Source of the DNA: Gemmatimonadales bacterium UBA6960
GTDB taxonomy: Bacteria > Gemmatimonadota > Gemmatimonadetes > Longimicrobiales > Gaopeijiaceae
Direction of reading: 5' to 3'
Length of the DNA stretch: 51,631 nucleotides
Assembly (NCBI GenBank): GCA_963577685.1
Contig: CAUZAE010000001.1
Span: 1-51,631, forward strand
Part shown: piece after piece, positions 35,137-47,121 of the stretch
Numbering within the stretch: the stretch's first letter is position 1
Layout of the letters: every line of letters starts with the position of its first letter
Made by a program: the position numbers and the translations under genes
The notes under the pieces: generated by a model
What the model saw: the letters and a program-made list of their open reading frames with translations, nothing else
Databases searched by the model: none
What the model was told of the DNA's origin: nothing

Positions 35137-36435
35137 TTAGTTCGATCCCTTCCGAGGATCGATCGACCCGGGGGTCGTCGCAAGATTCCGAGCTAAGCGT
35201 TTCGCCTCTCCGATCCGGCCCAGGATGCCCGGTCGGGCCGAGTAGTTGGAGCAAATCGACAGCCCTCTCGGCAGGTCGACATTCAGGAGAGCATCCCAAC
35301 TCGTGTCCCACGCGGGCATTCTCGTTCGCGAAACTTTGAGCATTTCCGCGGAGTATCCCGTCACCCGCTCGAACTCCCGGCAGGCCGTGACGCCGATCAC
35401 TTCGTCCTCGAAGGCCGGCAACTCGGGGTTTTTCATACCTCCGAGATACGCGGTGTAGAGACCAGAGCGACCGAAAATACTGTGGTTCCAGGTCACGCCC
35501 CGCGTCTCGAGGGCTTCCCCGAACGCCACCTGGTAGCCCAGGCCTCGTAAGTCGGCCTCCGACCGCATGTGCACAAGGGCGAGAGGATTATAGTTCAGGC
35601 TCCCGAGTCCAGCCGCGAGCCGAGGACAATCCACCTCCAGCACCCTAGCCGCCGCATCGGCCGGACAGGCCAGTACGACATGGTCGACTCGCTCTGTGTG
35701 GTCATCCAAAACGACCTCCCATTCGTCGGCACGCCCGTCGGCACACCTCCGGAGGGTGCGGACCGGGCAGCCGAGTCGCACACGTCCTGCCAGCCCTCTG
35801 CATAGGGCCAGTGGGAGGGCACCGAGGCCACTAGGAAAGGAGCAGGGTGGAGCGCTGGCAGCCTCGCCGGCACCCCGTATCATCCGCCACAGGATACTCC
35901 GGCGCACACCGAGATGTGTAAGGGTCTGAGCCAGCGCGTGTCCCACCGGCATGACGTCGGGGTCGGACGCATACAGCCCGCCGTAGAGGGGGCCGAGGAG
36001 ACGCTGATAGGCTGTACGGCCGAACTTCCTGCGGAGAAATGGTCCGACGGCCTCGCCGTCCCTAGGTCCGGCTGTCAGTGGTTCCGCGAGCACCCGGATC
36101 TTGCTCGACCAAGGCAGCAAGTCCGTGCAGAGCGCCTGTCGAAAAGTAAGCGGAGCCTGTCGTAGGCGCCCGCGAGAGTACACGAAAAGGGGAAGATCTA
36201 CGTCCGCAGTCACCACCTCATCCGCGAGGCCAACGCTCGCCACGAGGTCTCGCAGAGCCGGAGAAAGACGAGCTCTTTGCGGCCCGAATTCCAGCACGAG
36301 GTCCCCGTGCGGCTCGGACCGAAGGACACCACCTGGCCGATCAGCAGCTTCCCAAACCACGACATCGGCTCCGAGCGCAACGAGCTCATGTGCGAGAACG
36401 AGCCCGGAAATGCCCCCTCCTACGATTCCTATCAA
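35137..36435 (-). CDS. hemY: FAD-dependent protoporphyrinogen/coproporphyrinogen III oxidase (HemY/CgoX type)
   Basis: N-terminal MIGIVGGGISGLVLAHEL dinucleotide fold and length 432 aa. Internal similarity pattern (LEFGPQ, YQRLLGPLYGGLYASD, GMKNPE) is typical of HemY. Convergent with hemH. Confidence 0.85.
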   Translation of the reverse strand: MIGIVGGGISGLVLAHELVALGADVVVWEAADRPGGVLRSEPHGDLVLEFGPQRARLSPALRDLVASVGLADEVVTADVDLPLFVYSRGRLRQAPLTFRQALCTDLLPWSSKIRVLAEPLTAGPRDGEAVGPFLRRKFGRTAYQRLLGPLYGGLYASDPDVMPVGHALAQTLTHLGVRRSILWRMIRGAGEAASAPPCSFPSGLGALPLALCRGLAGRVRLGCPVRTLRRCADGRADEWEVVLDDHTERVDHVVLACPADAAARVLEVDCPRLAAGLGSLNYNPLALVHMRSEADLRGLGYQVAFGEALETRGVTWNHSIFGRSGLYTAYLGGMKNPELPAFEDEVIGVTACREFERVTGYSAEMLKVSRTRMPAWDTSWDALLNVDLPRGLSICSNYSARPGILGRIGEAKRLARNLATTPGSIDPRKGSN

Positions 36436-36534
36436 CGGTTCCTCCGCCCCTTCACGTGGAAGGGCATTGAGTCCGACCCAAGACCATAACTCCGCCCGAG
36501 TCTACTGCGAACGACCGTATTTTCAACAAGACAC

Positions 36535-36590
36535 TTGACATCATCGCTAGTTCGAGCAAATTTAGGCTTACCTAATATTCATATTTGGCT
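36535..36590 (+). promoter_or_regulatory. AT-rich promoter/operator-like region upstream of the multicopper-oxidase/ZIP pair
   Basis: TTGACA at 36535-36540 and TAATAT at 36573-36578. Two short palindromes, TTAGG-CTTA-CCTAA (36562-36575) and AATAT-TC-ATATT (36574-36585). The AT richness is striking in an otherwise GC-rich window. The exact -35/-10 pairing is unclear. Confidence 0.35.
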
Positions 36591-36610
36591 AGCCTCAACC
36601 AGAGCTCGTC

Positions 36611-37693
36611 ATGTCGGAACAGACCCAGGGCGAGAACCGCGATCCCCCCGATGGTAACACGGCGAATAGAGGGGACACACACCCAATCTCTCGGCGGCGC
36701 CTACTCCGATCCGGCGTTGTCGGGGCGGTCGGCCTCGCCGCTGGTTCCGGCGCGCTGACCGCAGCGCGTTCCGAGGGCACCCGATCGGTCCCGGGCGGAG
36801 CCGGCATGGCACACGCCCCCGAACTCTCGGGAGTTATGGGCGATGTGGATCCGAACGGATTCGACGCCACGTCCTTCCTCAAAGCGTTCGACTACGGCGA
36901 GGTCTCCACTCTTCCCGACGGCCAGGTCCTTCGAGAGTACGAGATCTTGGCCACAGATCGCGACATCGAAGTCGCTCCGGGGGTCTACTTCGCCGCGTGG
37001 ACATACAACGGCACGGTGCCCGGACCCACCATCCGCTGCACCGAAGGTGACCGGCTCAAAGTGAATTTCGTGAACGCGGGCAGTCATCCCCATACGATTC
37101 ACTTCCACGGGATTCACGCCGCGGACATGGACGGGGTCTTCGAGGTGGTTCAGCCGGGAGAGACCTTCGTGTACGAGTTCGACGCCGCACCGGTCGGATT
37201 TCACCTGTACCATTGCCATTCCATTCCTCTCAAGCGTCACCTCCACAAAGGCTTATATGGCGCCTTCATCATCGACCCGAAGGACGGGCGACCTGAAGCA
37301 AACGAGATGGTGATGATGATGAATGGGTTCGACACCAACTTCGACGGCGACAACGAAGTCTACGCGGTGAACACGGTGGCCTTCCACTACCAGAAGCACC
37401 CGATCGAGATCGAGCAGGGAGAGCTGGTGCGTCTCTACGTCGGGAATATGACGGAGTTCGATCCCGTGAACTCGTTTCACCTGCACGGCAACTTCTTCCG
37501 TCTGTACCGGACAGGTACGGATCTCGAGCGCCACGAATGGACGGATACGGTGATGATGTGCCAGGGAGAGCGAGCGGTGCTGGAATTCACATACGATTTT
37601 CCAGGGAAGTACATGTTCCACGCTCATCAGAGCGAGTTTGCCGAGCTCGGCTGGATGGGAATCTTCGATGTTAAGCCGAGGACCGTGACGTGA
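36611..37693 (+). CDS. Tat-exported two-domain multicopper oxidase (NirK-related cupredoxin pair, T1 site in domain 1)
   Basis: Twin-arginine signal ISRRRLLRSGVVGAVGLAAGSGALTAA. Cu-ligand motifs in order: HTIHFHGIH, LYHCHSIPLKRHLHKGLYG, SFHLHGNFF, MFHAHQSEFAELGWMG. Confidence 0.85.
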   Translation: MSEQTQGENRDPPDGNTANRGDTHPISRRRLLRSGVVGAVGLAAGSGALTAARSEGTRSVPGGAGMAHAPELSGVMGDVDPNGFDATSFLKAFDYGEVSTLPDGQVLREYEILATDRDIEVAPGVYFAAWTYNGTVPGPTIRCTEGDRLKVNFVNAGSHPHTIHFHGIHAADMDGVFEVVQPGETFVYEFDAAPVGFHLYHCHSIPLKRHLHKGLYGAFIIDPKDGRPEANEMVMMMNGFDTNFDGDNEVYAVNTVAFHYQKHPIEIEQGELVRLYVGNMTEFDPVNSFHLHGNFFRLYRTGTDLERHEWTDTVMMCQGERAVLEFTYDFPGKYMFHAHQSEFAELGWMGIFDVKPRTVT

Positions 37694-38919
37694 CGAACGC
37701 CTCCCCGGAGCATGGAAACGCACCCCCGGAGCAGAACCAGAAGGTGGGTCAGGCGCCGGGGCGCGTGCCTCTCGCGGCCAAGGGACTCGGTCCGCTCCTC
37801 CTTCTGGGCGTGTTTCTGGTCTTGTTCGTCCAGTTCGGTCCGGTCGGCGTCTTCAGGGCGGCTTTTCCACCGATCGAGGAGCTCACGATCGACCGGGTGA
37901 CCTTTCCCGAGGCGGGCCTCGTCCGTGTCCACCTCGTAAACGGCGGTCCCGAGCCCGTGACGATCGCGCAGGTCCAGGTAGATGAAGCGTATTGGGAGCA
38001 CTCGGTTACGCCCGATCGGGAGGTGGGCAGGCTCGAGAACGTCGAGGTCGAAATCCCCTATCCCTGGGTAGACGGCGACCCGCTCGAAATCTCCATCGTA
38101 AGCTCCACTGGCACGACCTTCACGACGGAGGTCGCGGTCGCGACGCAGTCACCCCAGGTCACGGGCAGGTACGTCGCCACCTTCGCCCTCCTCGGCGTCT
38201 ACGTTGGTGTCATTCCGGTATTCCTAGGGCTGCTCTGGCTTCCTTTCCTCGCTGGAATCAGCCGTCGCTGGATGGACTTTTTTCTCAGTTTGACAGTCGG
38301 TTTGCTCCTCTATTTGGCCGTTGATGCCCTCGAAGGAGCGTTGGAACTGACCGGGCAGGTCGCGTCGGCATTCCAGGGCCTGGGCCTCATCGTGATCGGT
38401 GTAACGGCGACACCTCTGGCCATCCATGCCTTGGGTCGCCTGCGTAGTGACAAGGGTGGTTTAACAGGGCCGGTGGGGCTGGCAACCCTTATCGCCTTCG
38501 GGATCGGTCTCCATAACCTAGGCGAGGGTCTCGCGATCGGATCCGCGTATGCTACCGGCGAAGTCGCGTTGGGAACCGGCCTCGTCTTCGGCTTTCTGCT
38601 CCACAACACGACAGAGGGGCTTGGGATCGTTGCCCCCCTGGCGCGTTCGCGTCCGTCACTGACGACGTTGGTGATACTCGGTCTGGTCGCAGGTATCCCA
38701 ACCATCTTCGGCACCTGGATCGGTGGTTTCTCGTATTCGCCCGTCGCGAGCGTCCTCTTTCTCGCGATCGGGGCCGGTGCGATCATCCAAGTCATTCTGG
38801 TGCTGGCTCAAGCTCTTCGATCGGAGGGCCACGAGGGCTTTTCAGGTGCCCTCAACGCCGCGGGCTTGGTTACGGGACTGGTCCTCATGTATGCTACGGG
38901 ACTCTTCGTGGCAGCCTGA
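37690..38919 (+). CDS. ZIP-family divalent metal permease with an extra N-terminal TM and periplasmic beta-rich domain
   Basis: GIGLHNLGEGLAIGSAY and GFLLHNTTEGLGI (HNxxEG ZIP signatures), multiple TM helices. GTGA overlap with the MCO stop (37690-37693). Confidence 0.82.
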   Translation: MTNASPEHGNAPPEQNQKVGQAPGRVPLAAKGLGPLLLLGVFLVLFVQFGPVGVFRAAFPPIEELTIDRVTFPEAGLVRVHLVNGGPEPVTIAQVQVDEAYWEHSVTPDREVGRLENVEVEIPYPWVDGDPLEISIVSSTGTTFTTEVAVATQSPQVTGRYVATFALLGVYVGVIPVFLGLLWLPFLAGISRRWMDFFLSLTVGLLLYLAVDALEGALELTGQVASAFQGLGLIVIGVTATPLAIHALGRLRSDKGGLTGPVGLATLIAFGIGLHNLGEGLAIGSAYATGEVALGTGLVFGFLLHNTTEGLGIVAPLARSRPSLTTLVILGLVAGIPTIFGTWIGGFSYSPVASVLFLAIGAGAIIQVILVLAQALRSEGHEGFSGALNAAGLVTGLVLMYATGLFVAA

Positions 38920-39011
38920 GCTGCATCCCGCAGCAGAACAGGTCCGATCCGGCGCCAACCGCCGGCCCTTAGCGGGCCCCTAGCGCGCCCTTAATCCGAG
39001 CGATCATCCCA

Positions 39012-40691
<1,680 letters not shown>

Positions 40692-40698
40692 TGGCACT

Positions 40699-40730
40699 AC
40701 GGAGTCATGAACTCCGTGTGAAGTCCTTTT
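40699..40730 (+). terminator. putative intrinsic terminator of ettA
   Basis: ACGGAGT (40699-40705), loop CATGA, ACTCCGT (40711-40717), followed within 10 nt by CCTTTTTC. It begins 8 nt after the ettA stop. Confidence 0.55.
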
Positions 40731-40808
40731 TCGATGCCTATCTTTGAATATGCTTATCCCTCAGACAGCCGATATTCGGATATCGGGGCCGATGCATAGG
40801 GGCCACAG

Positions 40809-41347
40809 ATGAGTGAGATGATAGAGCCTGAGGAGTTGGACGAAGAAGACTCCGAACTATCGCTCAGTGAGCTCGGCGAGCGTGATGCCGCGTTGGCCGC
40901 GGTATTACGCGAACAGAGTGAGAAAGCCGAGGTCGAGGCGCACACCCGCGAGGTCCGAATCCGGAGACAGGGCATCGGGGCGAGGCACCTGACCCTGTTG
41001 GTGGCAACGGTCCTTTCGATCTGGTTCTGGATCTTCCCCCGTTTATTCTACAGGTCACAGCCGCCGCACCGCCGCCACTGGAGGTGGAAGAGGCGACCCT
41101 GAGACTCGTGATGTATTTTCAGACGCAAAAAATCGAACAGTACCGCCTCGACACCGGGCGCGTGCCCATCGAACTCGAGGACGCCGGACCGGTATTCCCA
41201 GGAATGGAGTACATCCGCCTCACCAACAGGGATTACCGAATCCTGGGACGCACCTCCCGAGTGGTCCTTTCGTACTCATCTGCAGAACCTATGGACCTCT
41301 TCGTCGGACCGGGTGCCGAGATTCTTGATCTGACGGTGATGAATTGA
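40809..41347 (+). CDS. bitopic membrane protein apparently split into two ORFs (40809-41102 and 41084-41347) at a C5 run
   Basis: ORF1 has an acidic N-terminus and a TM helix (HLTLLVATVLSIWFWIFP), then an Arg/His/Trp-rich tail typical of out-of-frame reading. From 41039 the other frame reads PFILQVTAAAPPPLEVEEATLRLVMYFQTQKIEQYRLDTGRVP... to a stop at 41347. The switch point coincides with CCCCC at 41036-41040. Confidence 0.45.
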
Positions 41348-41811
41348 GCGGCGCAAAAAAGAAGAGGGGCTTCACCATAATCGAGGCGGTCACGGTCGTA
41401 ATGGTCGTGGGCGTTGTTACGCGTATCGCTGTCCCGCAGATGCAGGAGGTGCTCACGCGGGCGCGCGCCACGGAGATCAGAGCCTCGTTCCGGGTCGTAG
41501 AAGAGGCGGCGACGCGACTGTCGGTGGAGAACAACCCTCGGCCGGAGGATGCTCTCCCGGGAATCGTTCCGGATCCCCTGCTGGAGAAACTCCCCGAAGG
41601 ATTTTCATTCGACCGCGAGAGATATCAACTCGATTGGGAGAACTGGACCCTCCCGGGCGGAATGCCGAACGATCCCACTATCAGAGGGCTGATAGGCATC
41701 TCGATCACGACCTCCGACCGAGCTCTGGGTATGGCACTAATGGACGTGACCCCCCTGAACGCCAAGTTCAGCCTCGGTGAGACCTATACCTTCATATTTG
41801 CAACGCAGTAG
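41344..41811 (+). CDS. prepilin-type N-terminal cleavage/methylation domain protein (type IV pilin or T2SS pseudopilin-like)
   Basis: MSGAKKKRG/FTIIEAVTVVMVVGVVTRIAVPQM: basic leader ending in Gly, Phe+1, Glu+5, hydrophobic helix. TTG start overlaps the upstream stop (TTGA). Confidence 0.85.
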   Translation: MSGAKKKRGFTIIEAVTVVMVVGVVTRIAVPQMQEVLTRARATEIRASFRVVEEAATRLSVENNPRPEDALPGIVPDPLLEKLPEGFSFDRERYQLDWENWTLPGGMPNDPTIRGLIGISITTSDRALGMALMDVTPLNAKFSLGETYTFIFATQ

Positions 41812-41836
41812 CCGCCCAGAGGCCGCCCAGAGGCGG

Positions 41837-44800
41837 TTACTGGAGAACCATCCCCTCCAAGATCCGACGCAGCGTCATGATCCGGGTCTCGAGCTCCTCC
41901 TCGAGCACCTCCAAGCGCTCATAAGCATCTCGTCCAGGCTTCTGGTCGGCTCTCGACGTCATCCCGTAGAGGTAATTCAGCTGGGCGACTAGCATCGGCT
42001 GTTGATAGCTACCCTCGGGTATGGTGACCAGCGCGCGCTCGATCTCTATCAAGGCCCCCAGCGCAATCCGAGCCCGTTGCTCTGCCGCGCCTCCCATCTC
42101 GATGCCCATCTCCATCTGTGCCTTCCCATCCTCCAGGTCTACGACAGCCTGCTGGGCGTCGATGATCGCATCACGAATCCGCATGTTGAGCGCGAACTGC
42201 TCCTCGAGATCGGCCATCGTGACATTGTCAGCCGCAACGCGTGGATCGATGAGGATCTCAAGTGGCTGCGTTGCCTCCCGTCCCGCAAGCGTCAGTTTGA
42301 CCTGATATCGCCCTGGAACGGCCAAGGGACCCCGACCCGCAGAACCGCCGGGATATTGTAGGTCCCAGACCATCCTGTGCATGCCAGAAGAAGCGTCGAG
42401 CCGAGGAGCTCCGGATCGTTGCCTCTCGGGTGCCCTCATATTCTGAAACTCCTCGTACTCATAGCCACCCTCGGCACTGGTAAAGCCCCGGACACGATTT
42501 CCGTCGGAGTCATAGACCTCGATCGTCACTCGACCACGGACGTCAGGACCGATGTAGTAGTTGATGATGGCCCCCGTCTGTGGATACTCGGGCGCGCTGG
42601 GATCCCCTTGTCCCCCTCCGAACCCTCTCCCTCCTCCACGCAATCGATAGACCACACGAGGCTCGAAGAGGTGGGCCGAGGACGCCGCGACGACTTCATC
42701 CAGCTCGTAAAGGGGTGAAAGGTCGTCGAGTATCCAGAATGAACGACCCATCGTGCCGACAACCATGTCTTGCTCATGGATCTGGATATCGGTTATGGGC
42801 GTAACCGGCAGATCGAACTGGAACGATTGCCAGTGGCCACCGTCGTCGAACGATACGAACATGCCGAACTCCGTTCCGGCGTACAGCAGCCCGGGACGAT
42901 TCGGATCCTCACGAACGACACGGGTCGGATAGTCTCCCGGAATCCCATTGCTTCCGTCGGTCAGCAGGGTCCAGGTCCTGCCGTAGTCCTCGGTGCGATA
43001 GATGTAGGGCCGGAAGTCATCGAGAAGGTACCGATAGCCAGCCACATAAGCTTTCGCCGGATCGTGAGGAGAGGGATCGATGTTCTGGATCCGACCCTCG
43101 GGTGGCATTTCCGGAGGTGTGACATTTGCCCAACTGTCTCCGCCGTCCCGCGTCACATAAACGGGGCCGTCGTTGGAGCCGGTCCAGATGACACCCGAGG
43201 CGACGGGAGACTCCTCGATCACGTAGAGCGTGCTGTAGTGCTCCTCGCCAGTTATGTCCCGCGTAATCGGTCGTCCCGAGATGACCTGACGCTCTGGGCG
43301 GAAGGCCGTGAGATCGGGGCTGATTTGCTCCCAGGTGACTCCCTCGTCCCGGGTCCGATGAACGAACTGCGACCCATGGTAGACGGTGTTCGGATCGTGC
43401 GGAGAGACCTCGATCGGAACGACCCTCTGGAAGCGATACGGGAGATCGGCGGGATTGTGGCCGTAAATGTTGACCGCACCCACGTAGTATTGTTTCTCCT
43501 GTCCCGTGAGATGATTGTACCGTCCGAATCGTCCCTTGCAGTTCGAGTACACAATGTTCGGGTCCCCCGGTTTCGGAACCGCGGGGCCGGTCTCGCACCC
43601 TCCGATGGCCTTCCAATAGCTCGACGGCCCCGTGAGTGAGCTCTCTTCGGGCGTCCGGCTTGGGACCATGATCGTCGAGTTGTCCTGCTGGCCCGCATAG
43701 ATCCAGTAGGGGAACCGGTCGTCGACGTGAACCTGGTAGAGCTCCGCCGTCGGCTGATTGTTCTGCGTCGACCACGTCACTCCACCGTCCCGGGTCACAT
43801 TAGCACCCCCGTCGTTGGATTGGACCATGACTCTGGGGTCGTCGGGGTTGATCCACAGGTCGTGATTATCCCCGTGAGGGGTCGACGCCCGTACGAACGA
43901 CCCGCCGCCGTCCGTCGACTTCCAGAACTGCGTGGCATTCACGTATACGATGTCGGCATCCGTCGGGTCAGCATCGACATTCGTATAGTAGAATGGGCGA
44001 TCCATGATGGGCAAAAAGTTGCTGGCCAGTCGCCATGTCGCTCCCGCATCATCGGAGCGATACAGCCCCTCCTCCGGCTCCGTGGTCTCGACGAGCGCAT
44101 AGACCCGATCGGGGTCGTCCGCCGATACGGCGAGATCGATCTTCCCAATGAGGCCTCGGGGCAGTCCGTTCTCGAGGCGAGTCCAACTATCTCCACCGTC
44201 CGTCGAACGCCAGATGCCGTCCTCCCCTCCCGAGGCCTCCATCCCGCTGATGATGGTCCAGGGCTTCCGCTCTGCCCGCCACATGGCGGCATAAAGCGTC
44301 TGAGGATCGGTCGGATGCATCTCGAGGTCGACGGCGCCCACAGAGTCGGAGGTGGACAAGACGTGCTCCCAACTCGATCCGCCGTTTCGGCTCCGATATA
44401 CACCCCGCTCCGGATTGGGACCGAACGCGTGGCCGAGCGCGGCCACGTATACGAGGCCTGGGTTCTCGGGATGAATGACCACAGCACCGATCTGACCGGC
44501 TTCGGGTAGCCCGAGATGGGTCCATGTCTGGCCAGCATCACCGGATCGGTAAACACCCCGACCCGCGATGACATTGCTTCGGATGCCGTCCGAGCCGGTT
44601 CCGACGTAAACGACGTTCGCGTTTGAACGTGCAACCCGGATCGCGCCGATGGAGCCGGTCGCGAAGTACCCGTCCGACACGTTTCGCCAGGCGTTCCCAT
44701 AGTCGGTCGTCTTCCAAACTCCGCCGCCCGAAGCTCCCATGTAAAAGGTCTCCGGCGTGGCGGCGTGTCCTGCCACGGCGGTCACGCGCCCACCGCGCGT

Positions 44801-44935
44801 CGGACCGATCATCCGGTAATCCATGCCACTGAACAGGGACGGGTCCACCTGGGCAGTGAGGCCAGGAGCGTACAGGAGGGCAGGCAGGGTCAAGACCGAT
44901 CCCAGTAGTATCCTACGAGCGACTCTCATCAACAT
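41837..44935 (-). CDS. secreted BNR/Asp-box repeat protein (sortilin/VPS10-like beta-propeller)
   Basis: Repeated Asp-box-like S/TxDxGxTW motifs (SGDAGQTW, SRNGGSSW, STDGGDSW, SDDAGATW, STDGGGSF, TRDGGVTW, TRDEGVTW, TRDGGDSW, TEDYGRTW, FDDGGHW). Signal peptide MLMRVARRILLGSVLTLPALLYAPGLTAQ. I set the start at ATG 44935. Confidence 0.88.
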   Translation of the reverse strand: MLMRVARRILLGSVLTLPALLYAPGLTAQVDPSLFSGMDYRMIGPTRGGRVTAVAGHAATPETFYMGASGGGVWKTTDYGNAWRNVSDGYFATGSIGAIRVARSNANVVYVGTGSDGIRSNVIAGRGVYRSGDAGQTWTHLGLPEAGQIGAVVIHPENPGLVYVAALGHAFGPNPERGVYRSRNGGSSWEHVLSTSDSVGAVDLEMHPTDPQTLYAAMWRAERKPWTIISGMEASGGEDGIWRSTDGGDSWTRLENGLPRGLIGKIDLAVSADDPDRVYALVETTEPEEGLYRSDDAGATWRLASNFLPIMDRPFYYTNVDADPTDADIVYVNATQFWKSTDGGGSFVRASTPHGDNHDLWINPDDPRVMVQSNDGGANVTRDGGVTWSTQNNQPTAELYQVHVDDRFPYWIYAGQQDNSTIMVPSRTPEESSLTGPSSYWKAIGGCETGPAVPKPGDPNIVYSNCKGRFGRYNHLTGQEKQYYVGAVNIYGHNPADLPYRFQRVVPIEVSPHDPNTVYHGSQFVHRTRDEGVTWEQISPDLTAFRPERQVISGRPITRDITGEEHYSTLYVIEESPVASGVIWTGSNDGPVYVTRDGGDSWANVTPPEMPPEGRIQNIDPSPHDPAKAYVAGYRYLLDDFRPYIYRTEDYGRTWTLLTDGSNGIPGDYPTRVVREDPNRPGLLYAGTEFGMFVSFDDGGHWQSFQFDLPVTPITDIQIHEQDMVVGTMGRSFWILDDLSPLYELDEVVAASSAHLFEPRVVYRLRGGGRGFGGGQGDPSAPEYPQTGAIINYYIGPDVRGRVTIEVYDSDGNRVRGFTSAEGGYEYEEFQNMRAPERQRSGAPRLDASSGMHRMVWDLQYPGGSAGRGPLAVPGRYQVKLTLAGREATQPLEILIDPRVAADNVTMADLEEQFALNMRIRDAIIDAQQAVVDLEDGKAQMEMGIEMGGAAEQRARIALGALIEIERALVTIPEGSYQQPMLVAQLNYLYGMTSRADQKPGRDAYERLEVLEEELETRIMTLRRILEGMVLQ

Positions 44936-45128
44936 GTCATGGACTCCCGAACAGCGTGGTTCTCCGACTGGCGCAAAGGGGTGGGCAGACAACGGACCGA
45001 TACCCCTGGACCATGGATTGTGCGGTGATACCGGCTCTTGGTCAACGACCATCAAAGTGGCGGAGGACGAGACAGCGCTTACAATCCCGCTCGCCACGAC
45101 CGAGCCACTCCACTATCTTGTCATCGTA

Positions 45129-45204
45129 CCGCCAGGGGTACCCCTACGGGGTTGAGAGAGTCCCTTGGAACCTGATCCGGCTGACACCGGCGTAGGGAGA
45201 GCGG
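45129..45204 (+). promoter_or_regulatory. TPP (THI-box) riboswitch
   Basis: CCGCCAGGGGUACCCCUACGGGGUUGAGAGAGUCCCUUGGAACCUGAUCCGGCUGACACCGGCGUAGGGAGAGCGG. It has the conserved UGAGA and the ACCUGAUCCGG...CCGGCGUAGGGA core. Proposed P1 is CCGC/GCGG, P2 is AGGGG/CCCUU, and P3 is a short ACCCC-UAC-GGGGU. It lies directly upstream of thiC. Confidence 0.85.
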
Positions 45205-45232
45205 AATGTTGCCATTGAAGAGACCTATGAGA

Positions 45233-47096
<1,864 letters not shown>

Positions 47097-47121
47097 CGTG
47101 GGCTTACGTCGGGGGCGTCGG

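Noticed and set aside
44936-45097. 5' extension of the BNR-repeat gene.
   Set aside because: A clear signal peptide begins at the internal Met (MLMRVARRILLGSVL...). The upstream 54 codons have no signal or motif.
45143-45196. Alternative riboswitch P1 pairing, CCUACG (45143-45148) with CGUAGG (45191-45196).
   Set aside because: CGUAGGGA is part of the conserved TPP aptamer core rather than P1. Using CCCCUACGGGG as a short P3 hairpin and CCGC/GCGG as P1 reproduces the consensus architecture better. The alternative pairing could still matter for folding kinetics.
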